NCBI GenBank assembly: GCA_045046875.1
Contig: JASFYY010000098.1
Coordinates: 1-28,095, forward strand
Origin: Verrucomicrobiota bacterium
GTDB lineage: Bacteria > Verrucomicrobiota > Verrucomicrobiia > Verrucomicrobiales > DEV007
DNA length: 28,095 nt
Reading direction: 5' to 3'
The notes under the pieces were generated by a model. It saw nothing but the letters and a program-made list of their open reading frames with translations. It did not search any database and was not told the origin of the DNA. Position numbers and translations under genes: made by a program. Below are positions 27,201-28,095 of this stretch, one piece after another; the stretch's first letter is position 1; the number at the start of each line of letters is the position of its first letter.

Positions 27201-28058
27201 CTGCAATCAAGCCCCTTGGCACAAAATTTCGCTACTCAAATTCTCGACGACCAAACCCGGATTTCCATCAGCGCGACCGTCAGCAAAGAATCCCCCCACC
27301 GTCTCAGCCTGGATTTCACCGGCACCAGCGCCGCCCACAGTGGCAACCTCAACGCCACTCCCGCCATCGTTCGCAGCGCCGTATTATACGTGCTGCGCCT
27401 CTGGACCCAGAGTAAGCTGCCGCTCAATGAAGGGCTTCTGCGTGACACCGAACTCATCCTGCCCACCTGTTTTCTCAACCCCGGTTTCCCCGATGACCCC
27501 GCCCAATGCCCTGCCGTGGTCGGCGGCAATGTCGAAACCAGTCAGCGCTTGGTCGATACCCTGATGCTTTTGTTCGGCATCCAAGCCTGTTCCCAGGGAA
27601 CCATGAACAACCTCATCTTCGGCGATGACAGTTTTGGTTATTACGAAACCATCGCCGGCGGCGCCGGCGCAGGTCCAGGTTACCACGGCGCCTCGGGTTT
27701 GCACACCCACATGACCAATACCGCCATCACCGATGTCGAAATCCTCGAACACCGCTACCCCGTGCGCCTGCATCGTTTTGCCCTGAGAAAAAATTCCGGA
27801 GGCCCAGGCAAATACCGCGGCGGCGATGGCCTGATCCGCGAATTCGAATTCCTGCGCCCGCTGAAAGTCTCCCTACTCACCCAACACCGTCTCGAAGCCC
27901 CCTACGGCCTGAACGGAGGACAGCCCGGTCAATGCGGCAAACAAACCCTCACCCGCGTGAACGGCCATTCTGAAACCCTGCCCCCCATCGCACAAATCCA
28001 GGCGCAAGCCGGTGACCGGCTAAACATCGAAACCCCCGGCGGCGGCGGTTGGGCGTAA
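24225..28058 (+). CDS. Fused hydantoinase A/B - ATP-dependent 5-oxoprolinase family protein
   Basis: IDTGGTFTD, SGPAGGVVG, FDMGGTSTDV, VAAGGGS, GPESAG, STNVKERQDFSC, NAPHIPVHLG, GGNVETSQR, QGTMNN, HMTNT, ETPGGGG; TTG start. Confidence 0.93.
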   Translation: MPASHWKINIDTGGTFTDACATPPDSDDLTFLKVLSSSQLRLRIVEHLTPHRLRLEIPQNCRTPDHFFTSYQVCGTDPSTPIHVTDWQAQSKILTLSQALPSKKDSLDLTSGEEAPVLAIRLLTGTALNKNFPEIQLRLATTRGTNALLENKVAATAFFTTRGFGDLLTIGDQRRSDLFALHHQQPAGLHQISIEVDERLDAQGAVLKALDLNDKPLQQNCQKALAAGIKVAAVALLHSYLNPEHEQQLRDQLLHQGFEHVSLSSELAPFIRLLPRANTTVVDACLTPVMQNFIDRITSSLKNSDLLVMTSAGGLEPASRFRPKDSLFSGPAGGVVGAATAARRLGYDKILTFDMGGTSTDVARYDGSFLYQFEQKAGGASLLAPSLRIETVAAGGGSICHHGEAGLQVGPESAGSYPGPACYGNGGPLTITDVNLLLGRISPDHFGIPLNQKNIDDAQLALTQLRQQNGIADTIDDQQFLQGLITIAIEQMADAIHTISVSEGVDPKDYPLLAFGGAGPLHACDIAEQLGCPAILVPPEAGLLSAYGLHHAHIERFAQTQILENLSSVVAQIPRLLEDLIQQARQQLIQDLGHDSADIIVRRQIAELRLSGQDATLSLEISDPQTLSDQFHAHYLKVFAYSPDPQAKIELTTLRVVISPADKHPENDIPPCKHPPRKITNEQNFIHRSQLSPGDHLTGPMVIQDSFSTCYLKKNWHCEVGPDRSLLITPSVAKKTEPSQLSPTQGHGHGNILTAPADLTIQDTLFRNRFENIVGEMGAQLQRSAVSTNVKERQDFSCTLLDGDANLVANAPHIPVHLGALGLCVREVIKKHPLRPGDTLITNHPAYGGSHLPDVTLITAVFDPEPNKDTNDDNKAIAYIANRAHHAEIGGITPGSMPPDATCLSEEGVVIPPTLLISQGQSCFDKIEKLLTQKPHPTRHLADNLADLNAQLAANHQGLCNMQSLIRSHGAAPIQMHLEKTARLSQAALQQKLQSSPLAQNFATQILDDQTRISISATVSKESPHRLSLDFTGTSAAHSGNLNATPAIVRSAVLYVLRLWTQSKLPLNEGLLRDTELILPTCFLNPGFPDDPAQCPAVVGGNVETSQRLVDTLMLLFGIQACSQGTMNNLIFGDDSFGYYETIAGGAGAGPGYHGASGLHTHMTNTAITDVEILEHRYPVRLHRFALRKNSGGPGKYRGGDGLIREFEFLRPLKVSLLTQHRLEAPYGLNGGQPGQCGKQTLTRVNGHSETLPPIAQIQAQAGDRLNIETPGGGGWA

Positions 28059-28095
28059 CATCAAGGAAGCTTCTTCTTCACTGGCTCACGGACAT

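Overview
Bacterial chromosomal segment, most consistent with a Verrucomicrobiota (PVC) genome; this is inferred from gene content and protein style only. Left part (+): aroE, a secreted double alpha/beta-hydrolase, a Tat-type PIG-L deacetylase and a translationally coupled 62-aa acidic peptide ending DWGHQPC. Next is an AT-rich, apparently frameshifted membrane-protein gene beside a pair of inward-pointing triplet-repeat arms. A housekeeping operon follows (-): nusA-infB-rbfA-DHH/nrnA-truB-ribF, with no rimP but a terminator-like leader hairpin and a clear sigma70 promoter, and a divergent tRNA-Lys(UUU). Then comes a roughly 10-kb co-oriented envelope cluster (-): membrane-anchored unknown protein, orphan ABC ATPase, ExbB/TolQ, two different ExbD/TolR, a 1035-aa exported TPR protein, an exported TPR-like partner and an MsbA-type ABC exporter, with no TonB/TolA or outer-membrane receptor in the window. 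The right end (+) has a flavodoxin-less CysJ-like reductase, nadD and a fused 5-oxoprolinase/hydantoinase. The best candidates for under-described biology are the TonB-less ExbBDD-TPR motor locus, the dispersed triplet and heptamer intergenic repeat families, and the DWGHQPC peptide. No integrase, transposase, rRNA or CRISPR array was seen. All product calls rest on motif recognition without database searches.
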